From positions 1 through 47,113 of the forward strand of contig CAZJKW010000001.1 in the NCBI GenBank assembly GCA_964546835.1: DNA of 47,113 bases, read 5' to 3'. Source of the stretch: an uncultured Fimbriimonadales bacterium (GTDB taxonomy: Bacteria; Armatimonadota; Fimbriimonadia; Fimbriimonadales; ATM1). The notes under the pieces are model-generated. The model ran no database searches, was not told the DNA's origin, and was given only the letters and a program-made list of their open reading frames with translations. Below, in pieces: positions 9,481 through 19,583 of the stretch (position 1 is its first letter; every line of letters starts with the position of its first letter). The position numbers and the translations under genes are program-made.

Positions 9481-10697
9481 GCAGGATTGCGCAAATCAAC
9501 AAACATCGTAATGCAAATGTCTGCAACAACGTTGTAAATCGTCTTAAAAATATCTATGACAGGTTCTACAACATCCAACAAAATCAGCGTGGACAATGGA
9601 AGCCCGAGCGCCAAGTAAATTCCGAGTCCTGAGGATGTTCCTGAACGCGGAATCCCCGGCGAAGCAATGCTAAGCAACATCATGGTCCCAACAAAGACGA
9701 CGACTTGAGGAAACGTAAGCACAACACTTGAAACGGAAGCAACAAATAACAATTTTAGAGTACTTGAAACGGTCCGGTTTGCTTTGAATATCGAAACCGC
9801 AAGAGGCAACGCAAATGCTGTGGATTCGGGTGTTGCCAATTTCCCGGTGTTTACATCACTAACCATGCTCGGAAGACTCGCAATGGATGAACGAGTACTT
9901 GCAGCCGTTGCAACAGACTTTGTTATAGTCTTGAGAAAATGAAATATCGACCTCTTACATAAAATACAAGTAATAAGAATTAACAAGACGGTTACTGAGA
10001 AGAAGGTACAAACAGACAACAGCAAAAATTGAAAAGCAATTTCCACGAATCCGGTTCCGCTTTCTCCGGCAAAAACAAATGCAAGGGCAAACCCACCCAG
10101 CGGTAAAAGCATGATTCCCCACCGAATCATCAGAGCAAAAATTGCAAGCACGTTTTCAAAAACAGTGACCAAATTCTCTCTAATTTTTTCGCTTGAACAT
10201 CGCACAGCAAAAGCAAAAATCGTTGCCACAATGACCAATGGAAGAATATTTCCGGCGACTGCGGCCTCAAAAAAGTTAGATGGTATCAATCCTTTAAACC
10301 ATTCACTAATTGGCTCCGGTTCCGGTGAAGCAACATCTTCGCCGCTAATCGAAAAGGAGCCCGTACCAAAAAACGAAAGTTTTAATGTGTGAATTAACCA
10401 TGCAATAACTGCGCCAAACAGCAATATCAAGACCATTGTCAAAAAGAACCGATTGCTAACGGTTTTTGCACTTTCGCGATTAGGTAATCGAACAATCGCA
10501 GAGAACAGTAATAGAAGCACAAGCGGAATTGCACAAAGTTTTAAGTAGTTCATCCATAAAGTACCGATAACGTCAAACACTGTTTTCGCTTCATCAGACT
10601 TTACATAATGACCAAGAATCGCTCCAAAAATGAGGCAAGGAATTGCCCAGAGGGTGATCTTGGAAGTCCGGTTATCCGTTAGCGGCTCTAATTGCAC
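9477..10697 (-). CDS. Dicarboxylate/amino acid:cation symporter (DAACS/GltP family)
   Basis: 406 aa, polytopic, with family-like segments such as ASTRSSIASLP and GIPRSG. GTG start. Confidence 0.7.
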   Translation of the reverse strand: MQLEPLTDNRTSKITLWAIPCLIFGAILGHYVKSDEAKTVFDVIGTLWMNYLKLCAIPLVLLLLFSAIVRLPNRESAKTVSNRFFLTMVLILLFGAVIAWLIHTLKLSFFGTGSFSISGEDVASPEPEPISEWFKGLIPSNFFEAAVAGNILPLVIVATIFAFAVRCSSEKIRENLVTVFENVLAIFALMIRWGIMLLPLGGFALAFVFAGESGTGFVEIAFQFLLLSVCTFFSVTVLLILITCILCKRSIFHFLKTITKSVATAASTRSSIASLPSMVSDVNTGKLATPESTAFALPLAVSIFKANRTVSSTLKLLFVASVSSVVLTFPQVVVFVGTMMLLSIASPGIPRSGTSSGLGIYLALGLPLSTLILLDVVEPVIDIFKTIYNVVADICITMFVDLRNPA

Positions 10698-10705
10698 AAT
10701 ATCAC

Positions 10706-11788
10706 TTATCGTTTAATATTCTTTAACCCGCGAATCAAATCTTTTTCAGCCATGGCTTGCTTGCTTGCTTCTGCGGCAAGTTTTCCTGCAATTTCAAAAA
10801 ACGCTTCAGTTTGTACATTCTCCGGTCGTGCAATGATACTTGGAATCCCATTATCTCCCGATTGACTAATTGCTGGATCCAAAGGTATCGAACCTAAAAA
10901 TTTCACCTCTAACTGGTCTGCAAGTTGCTGGCCACTCATTCCGGAAAAAATCTTTGTGGTTTCTCCACAACAGGGACAAACAAACAATGACATGTTTTCA
11001 ATGACACCCAAAATGGGTGCTTTTAATTTCTCAAAAAGTTGCACTGCTTTTCCGGCGATATTTGCCGCAACATCGTGAGGCGTCGCCACAATCACTACTC
11101 CGGTTAAAGGAACCAATTGTGCAAGAGACATGGGTGCGTCGCCGGTTCCCGGTGGCAAATCAACCACCAAATAATCCAATTCCCCCCAATTCACGTCGGT
11201 CAGCAACTGTTTTACAGTTCCGGCAACCATCGGTCCTCGCCACAAAACGGCTTGCCCTTCCTCAAGCAAAAATCCAAGCGACATCATTTTCAAACCATAT
11301 TTTTCAATTGGCAAAATTTTTGAATTTTCTGTCCAGGGTCGCTCTTCAGCGCATCCCATCATTAATGGAATCGAAGGTCCATAAACATCTGCATCAAGCA
11401 ATCCAACTTTTGCTCCGGATTTTGATAAAGCAATCGCAATGTTCACCGAAACCGTGCTTTTTCCAACACCACCTTTTCCGGATGCAATTGCAATAACGTT
11501 TTTAACATCAGGAATCATTTCTCCTTTGTTGGCTTGCCGCACACGCGATGTCATTTCAATCTTCACACTGCCAATACCTTCAAGGTTTTTGACGGCATCA
11601 AGCGATTGTTGCTTAAGCAAATCCTTAACGGGGCAAGCGGGGGTCGTTAATTCAATGCTAAAAGATACATCGGTCCCCTGAATAGAAAGGTCTTTGATGA
11701 ATCCTAAGGAAACAATGTCCCGATTCAAATCCGGGTCAATAACGGAACTCAGGGCTTGAAGAATTTGGGCTTCGGCAACTTCACGCAT
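10706..11788 (-). CDS. mrp: Mrp/ApbC/NBP35-family Fe-S cluster carrier ATPase
   Basis: N-terminal DUF59-like VIDPDLNRDIVSLGFI, deviant Walker A SGKGGVGKST, and a CPCCGE cysteine pair. Confidence 0.85.
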   Translation of the reverse strand: MREVAEAQILQALSSVIDPDLNRDIVSLGFIKDLSIQGTDVSFSIELTTPACPVKDLLKQQSLDAVKNLEGIGSVKIEMTSRVRQANKGEMIPDVKNVIAIASGKGGVGKSTVSVNIAIALSKSGAKVGLLDADVYGPSIPLMMGCAEERPWTENSKILPIEKYGLKMMSLGFLLEEGQAVLWRGPMVAGTVKQLLTDVNWGELDYLVVDLPPGTGDAPMSLAQLVPLTGVVIVATPHDVAANIAGKAVQLFEKLKAPILGVIENMSLFVCPCCGETTKIFSGMSGQQLADQLEVKFLGSIPLDPAISQSGDNGIPSIIARPENVQTEAFFEIAGKLAAEASKQAMAEKDLIRGLKNIKR

Positions 11789-11808
11789 TTACCAAGCAGT
11801 TTACTACT

Positions 11809-12609
11809 TCAGCGATCAAGGTTCCACTCAGCATATCGTTCCTTGCTCGGCCCAATAATTCTAAGACTCAGTTTCTGGGCATTTCCCAATCCACTCTTCA
11901 AATTCGAAATGTCGAATTCAACCATCACTAACCTGACCTGAAAATCTCCCATTGGATAAAAGCAGGGTTCAATCATTTCCTCAAATTCGGATGTCAATAA
12001 GTGGTTACAAGGTGCAAACTGATACCAAGGCATAGGTTTCAAAATATCAGGGTTTCTTGAAACATTCTCAAAAACCGTGCTTACGTGGTTTGGCTTGATA
12101 ACTGAATCTCCAATTTTCAAGACGAATTTTCGCAATTCAATATTCTTAATTTTTGAGTTCGATGGAAATTCATCTTCAAGAATATCATAATCCGGTGCTG
12201 AAGCAAGTTGAACCATAAACAGTAATTTTCCGTTCATCAAATCTGAAATCGCACGAAAATGACTTAATGCTTTGCCCGCTTCCCAATATTCTTTTGCGCT
12301 CAGGTACCCCAGACGTGCTGAAACATATTCCGGCGAGAACCACCATGCAAATTCAACGGTCTTAAACGGTTGAACGCTGATTCCGGAAAACCAACGTGAA
12401 ACGCCTCGTTGTGTCAAACCTTCAACTTTGAATTTTGAATTTCGGCTCTTGCCCCAACTCTCTCCTTTCATAAAGGCCGACAAGTTTGGTTTCTCCCCAA
12501 ACTCCAGTTGGGATTGTCTGAAGGTTGATAAGGCAGCAGTTCCGGCAAGCCCTTGCCCAAAAAGCGGCACAAAGCCAATCGCCATAGCCAACAAAAATCC
12601 TAATCGCAC
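11809..12609 (-). CDS. Hypothetical secreted protein
   Basis: 266 aa, GTG start, signal-like MRLGFLLAMAIGFVPLFG. It lies 7 nt downstream of the RND gene on the same strand. I recognise no motif. Confidence 0.5.
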   Translation of the reverse strand: MRLGFLLAMAIGFVPLFGQGLAGTAALSTFRQSQLEFGEKPNLSAFMKGESWGKSRNSKFKVEGLTQRGVSRWFSGISVQPFKTVEFAWWFSPEYVSARLGYLSAKEYWEAGKALSHFRAISDLMNGKLLFMVQLASAPDYDILEDEFPSNSKIKNIELRKFVLKIGDSVIKPNHVSTVFENVSRNPDILKPMPWYQFAPCNHLLTSEFEEMIEPCFYPMGDFQVRLVMVEFDISNLKSGLGNAQKLSLRIIGPSKERYAEWNLDR

Positions 12610-12616
12610 CTTTTAG

Positions 12617-15600
12617 TTATTGGCTTTCGGATGCCTCAACTTTCGCTTTCTTATCCAATCCCTTCGTAAATCTCTTCAAGAATTTGCCGACAGATACGGA
12701 AAGATCGTCAAAAATCGTGTAACTACAAGGGATAACAAACAAAGTTAACAAAGTGGAAAGAGCCAGTCCACCGATAATGACAACCCCAAGCGGTGCTCGC
12801 CAGTCTGCACCCCGTCCCAGGGCTAATGCCACCGGCAGCATCGACAAAATCATTGCAAGCGTGGTCATCATAATCGGTCTTAATCGTGTTGGCCCGGCTT
12901 CAACAAGAGCGTCATGCCGATTCATTCCTTTCTCGCGCAAGTTGTTCGTATAGTCCACCAACAAAATGGCGTTTTTGCCTACTAAGCCAATCAACATTAA
13001 GAAACCAATCATCCCAACGATGTCCATCGAGCGGTTAGTAATGACTAATCCCATGATGGCACCTACCAGTGCTTGCGGCTGTGCCAATTGAATAATGAAT
13101 GGATAAACGATGTTGTTAAACAATGCAGCAAGAACCAAAAAGACAAGAACCAAACCTAATCCAAATGCCGCACCCATATATGGCATCTCTCGATTATTGA
13201 TTTCGTTTTCGCCGCGCTGTGCATAAAAAACTTTTCCGTCCCCCAAATTGGCGGCTTTTAAGTCTTTTTCAATTTGCTGGCCGACCGTTCCAATAACAAA
13301 TCCCGGCAATAGATAACCGATGACCGAAATCATGCGTTGGCGATTAAATCGGTCTGCTTTGTCGAAAGATTCTGCCCTTTCAATATTGGATACTTCACCT
13401 AAATAAACCGGATTACCATTTCTAAATGTAACAGGAATGGTTTCCAAAGCGCGCGAGTCTTGGCGAACAGAATCTTCCAAATTTACGCGAATGTCGTACT
13501 CGCGATCGTTTTGCCGATACTTCGCATCCGTGTTTCCTTCAAATGCAACCCTTGCTACCGCGCCCAACTGCCGAACCGACAAATCGTTGTCGGCCATTTT
13601 CGTTCGATCAGGTCTAACCACAAATTCTGGTTTCCCTGGTTTTGAAGTCAAATCAAGGTTGACAATTCCTTTAATTTTGGAAAGCACTTGTAATGCTTGT
13701 TCTGCCGCAGGTGCAACACGTTCCGGTTCCGTACTAAGAATCGAAACCTGTACCGGAGGTCCGGCAGCAAATCCGGTCTGCCCACTGACAATGATTTTTG
13801 CATCAGGAATTTTCCCAATTTTTTGTTGCACTTCGGTAACGATGGATGCTTGGTCTCGGTCCCTCAATTTTTCTGTTGATTTCTTCCAAAACTGCATCTT
13901 GTCAATCGGAGCACGTTTATCAGCCAAGTTAATTTGGACTTGTGCATATTGAGGCCCGATATTTTCTGCACCAAATCCTGTGGGTGCCGAACCAACATTA
14001 CTCGTTACATAAGTGGTTTCAGGCAATTTCAATCCAACGCTCTCAATCCTTTTTACAACGGAAAGCGTTCGATCAAGTGATGAACCGGCCGGCATCGTCA
14101 CATCAACCAAAACCTGACCCTGTTCTTGGCCACCTGCAAATCGTTGTGTTAAAAGTGGTCCACCTTTGTTGATTCCAAGACCAAATCCTGCAACCCCAAA
14201 CAAAACCAATACAAGTCCGAAACCCGCAGCACCTAAAATTATCTTTGGATTCCAAAGTTTCTTGAAAATTCCTACGAGCAGGAAGATGACAACCGAAAAA
14301 CCTAATGAGCCTACTGCCATTCCGAAAGGGGGTTTGATGGCTTCGCCAAATGTCTTTGCGTCGCTTGCGTCCGTCATCATAAATGCACCGAATAACAAAG
14401 CCCAACCCGCCATGAACACTAACCATCTTCGATTTAGGGCAATTTCGAGCAGTCGCTTATAACCATTTGCAAACTTGTGAAATGTATCATCAAACCACTT
14501 CGCAAATCCGCGCTTATCTTCCAGATTTTCTCCCTTTCGATACCAGCGGCTCGCTAACATGGGAGTCAACGTAAACGAAACAAACAATGAGAACAAAGTT
14601 GCCGCTGCAACGGTGATTGCAAAGGGTCGGAAGAATTGACCGATGATTCCACCCATGTTTGCAACCGGCAAGAAAACTACAACGTCAACCATCGTGATCG
14701 CGATTGCAGCCAATCCGATTTCTCTTCTTCCGTTGAGTGCTGCCGTTTCCGGGTCTTCACCCATTGTCAAGTGCCGGTAAGTGTTTTCCAAAACAACGAT
14801 CGCATCGTCAACCAAAATTCCAATCGCCAATGACAATCCCAACATCGTCATGGTGTTAAGCGTAAATCCGAATGCCGCCATTGCTGCAAGTGCCGCAAAT
14901 ACGCACGTTGGAATCGCCAAAGCAACAATAATCGTTCCGCGCAAATTGTGTAAGAAAAGATAAATGATTCCAATGACCAAAACGATTCCAATAAACAATG
15001 CAATTTCCAAATCATGTAGCGATTCGTTGACTTGCTTAGCGCTTTCTCTTGCAATCGTAAACTTAATCGGAAACTGCTGCTCAATTTGTGCTAATTGTTC
15101 TTTTACAAGTTTTGTAATTTCAACCGTATTGCCTTCTCGCGTTTTTTGAACTTTCAGTACAACAGCATCTCTGCCGTTAACGCGGCTAATAATTTTTCTT
15201 TCTGCCGGACCATCGGTAATCGTTGCAATATCGGAAAGCGTAACAATCGCAGGCGGTTTGTTCGGGTCCATTCGGTCCGAAATCGGAATTTTTAGATTTC
15301 GGATTTCATCAACATTCTTAAATTCACCTTCAACTCTTACGCCGGTTTCGCGATTGCCTTCAGTAATGGTTCCGCCCGGCAAATTGATTGCAGCGCCGGT
15401 CAATGCGTTAAGCACATCGCTGACGCCGGTTCCGTAACTTAGCAAGCGATTTTTGTCAACGGCAACGCGAATTTCTCGAATGTCACCACCCGTTACCTCG
15501 ACATCTGCAACTCCTGGGATTCTTGCCAAAACGTCTTGAACGCGGTCATCAATCGTATCACGTAATTGCAATGCAGTCAGTTTCGATGATTCAGCCGCTA

Positions 15601-16021
15601 TAGTTAAAATGGGCTGTGCTGCAATATTTAACTTGTTTACAATTGGTTTTTCGGCGCCATCGGGCAAGTCACCCAAAATGGCATCCACTTTAGACTTAAC
15701 TTCGTTGAGTGCTGTGTCTTGGTTAACCCGCAATTCAAATTGGATTGTTACAATCGAAATGCCCTCAAGCGATGTAGAACTAATGGTTTCAATTCCGTTT
15801 GAAGTCGTAACCGCTTCTTCGATTTTTTTCGTAATCTGAGTTTCAATTTCAGTTGGGCTCGACCCGAAATAGGTAGTTTGAACCGTTACATACGGGAAAC
15901 TGACTTCCGGCTGCTCTTCGACCGGCATTCGCTGGCATCCAAGCCATCCCATAATCAGGGCGGCGACCATCAACATCACCACCCATACCGGACGTTTGAT
16001 TGCAGCGAGTGTCAGATTCAC
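12617..16021 (-). CDS. RND efflux transporter, inner-membrane permease (AcrB/HAE1-like)
   Basis: 1134 aa with typical RND architecture and motifs (LSLAIGILVDDAIVVLEN, LLVDY). GTG start overlapping the MFP stop (GTGA). Confidence 0.9.
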   Translation of the reverse strand: MNLTLAAIKRPVWVVMLMVAALIMGWLGCQRMPVEEQPEVSFPYVTVQTTYFGSSPTEIETQITKKIEEAVTTSNGIETISSTSLEGISIVTIQFELRVNQDTALNEVKSKVDAILGDLPDGAEKPIVNKLNIAAQPILTIAAESSKLTALQLRDTIDDRVQDVLARIPGVADVEVTGGDIREIRVAVDKNRLLSYGTGVSDVLNALTGAAINLPGGTITEGNRETGVRVEGEFKNVDEIRNLKIPISDRMDPNKPPAIVTLSDIATITDGPAERKIISRVNGRDAVVLKVQKTREGNTVEITKLVKEQLAQIEQQFPIKFTIARESAKQVNESLHDLEIALFIGIVLVIGIIYLFLHNLRGTIIVALAIPTCVFAALAAMAAFGFTLNTMTMLGLSLAIGILVDDAIVVLENTYRHLTMGEDPETAALNGRREIGLAAIAITMVDVVVFLPVANMGGIIGQFFRPFAITVAAATLFSLFVSFTLTPMLASRWYRKGENLEDKRGFAKWFDDTFHKFANGYKRLLEIALNRRWLVFMAGWALLFGAFMMTDASDAKTFGEAIKPPFGMAVGSLGFSVVIFLLVGIFKKLWNPKIILGAAGFGLVLVLFGVAGFGLGINKGGPLLTQRFAGGQEQGQVLVDVTMPAGSSLDRTLSVVKRIESVGLKLPETTYVTSNVGSAPTGFGAENIGPQYAQVQINLADKRAPIDKMQFWKKSTEKLRDRDQASIVTEVQQKIGKIPDAKIIVSGQTGFAAGPPVQVSILSTEPERVAPAAEQALQVLSKIKGIVNLDLTSKPGKPEFVVRPDRTKMADNDLSVRQLGAVARVAFEGNTDAKYRQNDREYDIRVNLEDSVRQDSRALETIPVTFRNGNPVYLGEVSNIERAESFDKADRFNRQRMISVIGYLLPGFVIGTVGQQIEKDLKAANLGDGKVFYAQRGENEINNREMPYMGAAFGLGLVLVFLVLAALFNNIVYPFIIQLAQPQALVGAIMGLVITNRSMDIVGMIGFLMLIGLVGKNAILLVDYTNNLREKGMNRHDALVEAGPTRLRPIMMTTLAMILSMLPVALALGRGADWRAPLGVVIIGGLALSTLLTLFVIPCSYTIFDDLSVSVGKFLKRFTKGLDKKAKVEASESQ

Positions 16022-17469
16022 TTCTTGTCCCCTTCAACTTTGTCTTGTCGAATTAGCGCCCCATCGGTTAACAAATCTTTTCCTTTCAAAATCACTTTCT
16101 CGCTGGGTGACAAACCGATAACTTGGGTTTGGTCCTCTTTTGTTACTCCGACTTTAACTTCCACTTTTTTTGCTTTGTTGCCGTTTGCAACAAACACATA
16201 ATCTTTTTCGCCATCTTTTACGATTGCGTCGGTGGGAACAAGCACGACATCCCGAAGTGTTCCGACAACTACTTTTGCTTTACCAAACATTCCGGGTTTT
16301 AATTTTCCGATTCCATTAGCCACTGCAATTCTTGCGGCAAACAATCTTCCCAAGGAATCGGCTTGCGGCCGAATTGCAACCACCGTTCCCACAAAAGTTT
16401 CATTTGGAAATGCATCAACCATAACCGTTGCTGATTGTCCGGGTTTCACTTTTGCAATTTCTTTTTCCGGAATTTGACCTTCTAAATAGACCCCGTTTAA
16501 TCCGACGATGTTGGCGATCGGCGTTCCCGGTGCAACCACTTGTCCCGTTTTTGCCGGTGTACCGCTTACATATCCGTCAATTGGAGAGATAACGGCGGCG
16601 TCGGACATTTGTTGCCTTGCAAGTCGTAATTGCGCTTCGGCTTGACTCAGAGCTGCGTTTGCTTGCTGCACTTGTTGACGTCTAACCGTATCAACCATTT
16701 GATTGGAGCGAGCAACGCGCAATGCTTCTTCCGCCTGTCGAACCGCTTCTTCTGCTTGAATAATTTGTTCCGGTCGGCTGCCTTCGATAATTAGACTGTA
16801 TGCCTCTACAGCAGAACGATAATTTGCTAATGTCGTGTCATATTGCAATTGGGCTGCGTCCACTTCCATTTTTGCAATGGCGTCTTGCGCAAACAAATTC
16901 TTTGCGCGCTCTAAATCTGTTTTTGCTTTATCAAGCGCAGATTTTGCGGCACCCATTTGTGCTTTTGCTTGTTCTTTTTCTTGTGACCTTGCCCCTTGCT
17001 TGACCATTGCCAATTGCGCTTTTGCTGATTTAAGTTGTGCTTCGGCTTGCCGAATTGCGGCTTGAGATTGCATCGGACTCATTGCTGCCTGCGTTATCGC
17101 TTGATCACGCGCTGCTCTTGCCGCCGAAACACCTGCCATGGCTTGTTGAACTTGCAACATCGCGTTCGCTGTGTCAACTTGTGCAATCAATTGCCCTGCT
17201 CGAACTTTTGAGCCATCTTGAACCGAAACAAAATTAAGCCGACCACCGACTCTTGCTCCAACTTGAACCTGATCCAGGGTTTCAAACGGGCCTGAAATTT
17301 CTAATTCCGTGTCTATCGTCACAAGATTTGGTGTAACAAAAGTAACCGGAGTTGTGCTGTCCGATAAAAGTTCCTTTTGTATTTCAGCGTTTTTTTGCGC
17401 AGTTTTATCTGCGCAACCGATTAAAGCAATTGCAATGATTCCGGGCAGGATTTTTGCGATGTGTTTCAA
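16018..17469 (-). CDS. Efflux RND periplasmic adaptor (membrane fusion protein), lipoprotein
   Basis: Long alpha-hairpin coiled coil followed by beta-barrel/MP domains. I chose the TTG at 17469, just after the tolC stop, which gives LKHIAKILPGIIAIALIGC with lipobox LIGC. The ATG at 17517 is an alternative. Confidence 0.8.
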   Translation of the reverse strand: MKHIAKILPGIIAIALIGCADKTAQKNAEIQKELLSDSTTPVTFVTPNLVTIDTELEISGPFETLDQVQVGARVGGRLNFVSVQDGSKVRAGQLIAQVDTANAMLQVQQAMAGVSAARAARDQAITQAAMSPMQSQAAIRQAEAQLKSAKAQLAMVKQGARSQEKEQAKAQMGAAKSALDKAKTDLERAKNLFAQDAIAKMEVDAAQLQYDTTLANYRSAVEAYSLIIEGSRPEQIIQAEEAVRQAEEALRVARSNQMVDTVRRQQVQQANAALSQAEAQLRLARQQMSDAAVISPIDGYVSGTPAKTGQVVAPGTPIANIVGLNGVYLEGQIPEKEIAKVKPGQSATVMVDAFPNETFVGTVVAIRPQADSLGRLFAARIAVANGIGKLKPGMFGKAKVVVGTLRDVVLVPTDAIVKDGEKDYVFVANGNKAKKVEVKVGVTKEDQTQVIGLSPSEKVILKGKDLLTDGALIRQDKVEGDKK

Positions 17470-17470
17470 T

Positions 17471-18766
17471 TTAGATGTCCTCCGATGACACGGCTTTCTG
17501 TAAATCAGCAACCGCATTCCAATAGTCGTAGATAGCGTTGATTTCGGCAGTTCTTGCGCGAACGTATTGCACGTTGGCATCCGAAACCTCGACCGTTGTG
17601 TTCACTCCATTTTCATAGCGAACATTTGCAAGTCTTAGAGCTTCTTTTGCAAGCGCAACATTTCTTTGTGCCGCTTCGATGACTTTTTTTGTGGATTCAA
17701 CATTTAGATACGCTTGTCGAACCTCTAATTCAACACCCAATAGGATTTGCTCCAATTGGATTTTTGATTTTTCTTCCTCTTGTTTTGCTTGGCTGACTTT
17801 TGCTTTGGTTCTTCCGCCTTCAAAAATCGGAAAAGAGAGCACCGCAGTTGCCGAGCCGGTAGTTTTATCTCCGCCGAATGCTCCCGGGTCCGGGTTATGT
17901 GTTAGATTTGCCGAAAGATTCAGCGTAGGTAAATTTCCTTTTTCTTGTGCTTTTCGAAAATTGACGAAATATTCGACGGTTTTGACTGCAGCCCTAACAT
18001 CCGGCCGTTCTTGTTTTGCGAATGCAATCAAATCTTGCATTGTTTTTTTAACTTCTGGAAGCCCCGATGGTCGAATGGGTTCCACCGGAATACCTGTGTC
18101 TCTTGCAAGCACTTGATTGAAAAATGCTTGGGTTAATTTGAAACCGTTTTCCGATTGAATGACCAATTGTTCTGCCGAACTCACTTCGGCTTCAAATCGA
18201 ATGACGTCAAATTTTGCTGCGGCTCCTTCTTTATTTCTTTTTGTAGCGCGGTCAAGTTGTTTTTTTGTGTTTTCCAATTGTTCATTTGCAACCTCGACCA
18301 ATTCCTTTGATTTAAGGATTTGCAGGAATGCGGATTTTGCGGATTGCTCAGCGCGATCCATGGCTGCTTCGACTAAATAATCGCTTGCCTTTTTGAGGGC
18401 GAGTGCACCGGAAATTGCCAAAGAGTAGACACCGGTTATGTCAATGCTTTGCGCCAAAGTCAAAGCAATCTGTTTGCTGTCAATTGGCCTTGTGACAATC
18501 GGCGGGTCCATTGGATTCAAGATTGCGGTTCCTTCTTTATTGAACCGAGTGTATGACCCGTTAACTCCGATTTGCGGAAGCACCACAGAGCGGGCTTCGC
18601 TCACAACGGCACCGGCTTTCTTTGCGTCTGCTTTTGCAGCCAAAACCTGAAATGCGTTTTCTTTTGCGATACGGATGGCTTCTTCCAGAGTGATTTTCTC
18701 CGGAGTTTGTGCCATGCCGAATACAGCGGTTATCAGCGTTAGGGTCAGTCCAATCGTTTTCATCAT
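17471..18766 (-). CDS. TolC-family outer membrane efflux protein
   Basis: Two-repeat OEP pattern. I chose the start MMKTIGLTLTLITAVFGMAQ (signal peptide). The longer track ORF would overlap tetR. Confidence 0.85.
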   Translation of the reverse strand: MMKTIGLTLTLITAVFGMAQTPEKITLEEAIRIAKENAFQVLAAKADAKKAGAVVSEARSVVLPQIGVNGSYTRFNKEGTAILNPMDPPIVTRPIDSKQIALTLAQSIDITGVYSLAISGALALKKASDYLVEAAMDRAEQSAKSAFLQILKSKELVEVANEQLENTKKQLDRATKRNKEGAAAKFDVIRFEAEVSSAEQLVIQSENGFKLTQAFFNQVLARDTGIPVEPIRPSGLPEVKKTMQDLIAFAKQERPDVRAAVKTVEYFVNFRKAQEKGNLPTLNLSANLTHNPDPGAFGGDKTTGSATAVLSFPIFEGGRTKAKVSQAKQEEEKSKIQLEQILLGVELEVRQAYLNVESTKKVIEAAQRNVALAKEALRLANVRYENGVNTTVEVSDANVQYVRARTAEINAIYDYWNAVADLQKAVSSEDI

Positions 18767-18792
18767 TTTTGTTGTTTTTGTTGAATACTTGT

Positions 18793-19407
18793 TCAATTTC
18801 CAATAGGTTGCGGCAAGATGCCATTCAAGAGGTTGTCCACCAGTTCGGGGATTCTTTCCGTTCCGTCTCCCATCAATTTGAGCATGATGAGAGGTTGCAA
18901 GAGCATTCTTGCGGAGACTTCGGTGTTGTGCGGCCGTAACTCTCCGGCAGCGACTCTCGCCGCAAGGTATCGGGACAAATGGTGGATACAAGAGCCGCAC
19001 ATTTGGCACCACCTTTCGTGCAAAACCGGGTTCACAAATGCCTCTCGAACGAACAACTTCATGATCTGTTCTTTTTTTCCGATGAGATCATAGAAGTCGT
19101 GCGCCAGGCCGACGAGTTCCTCTTTTGCGGGTTTGTCGAACGCAGGCAGCAAGATTTGCTCTAACTCCTCGCTGAACCCGTGAAACTCAACCACCTGTGC
19201 CAGAAGGTCTTCCTTACTTTCAAAGTAGTGATAAATAAGCCCGGGAGCGACTTCTGCCGCTTCGCCGATTTCCTTCATCGTGGTTGAGTCGAAGCCCCTC
19301 GATGCAAACAGTTGCATTGCGACTTCAAGCAGTTGATGCTTTCGTTCCTCTGCTTGAAGTTCTCTCTTGTTACTTTGCCTCGGTTCGCTTATTGAATGTT
19401 CAGTCAA
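18793..19407 (-). CDS. TetR/AcrR-family transcriptional regulator
   Basis: HTH segment LFASRGFDSTTMKEIGEAAEVAPGLIYHYFESKEDLL. It is the first gene of the efflux operon. The apparent TTG start is uncertain. Confidence 0.8.
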   Translation of the reverse strand: MTEHSISEPRQSNKRELQAEERKHQLLEVAMQLFASRGFDSTTMKEIGEAAEVAPGLIYHYFESKEDLLAQVVEFHGFSEELEQILLPAFDKPAKEELVGLAHDFYDLIGKKEQIMKLFVREAFVNPVLHERWCQMCGSCIHHLSRYLAARVAAGELRPHNTEVSARMLLQPLIMLKLMGDGTERIPELVDNLLNGILPQPIGN

Positions 19408-19583
19408 CGATATAGATAACGTCTCGGCCAGCCTATTTGTCAGGGTATGCCTTTGAAAATCGGGACTTTAGACCTACTGCAATCTCCAGGTAAATTAGCG
19501 GTACTGTAGCGGCGAATTGGACGGGGCTTGCGTCCATTATTGAAGGCGCTTACATAGTGTCTGTACGGAGCGAAGTCCAAATC

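Noticed and set aside
11017-11496. 159-aa plus-strand ORF
   Set aside because: It is antisense to mrp/apbC, which has a Walker A motif and a CPCC motif in the opposite frame.
13437-13952. 171-aa plus-strand ORF, with several 60-110-aa ORFs between 12700 and 16200
   Set aside because: All are embedded antisense or out of frame within the 1134-aa RND permease. None has a start context or motif.
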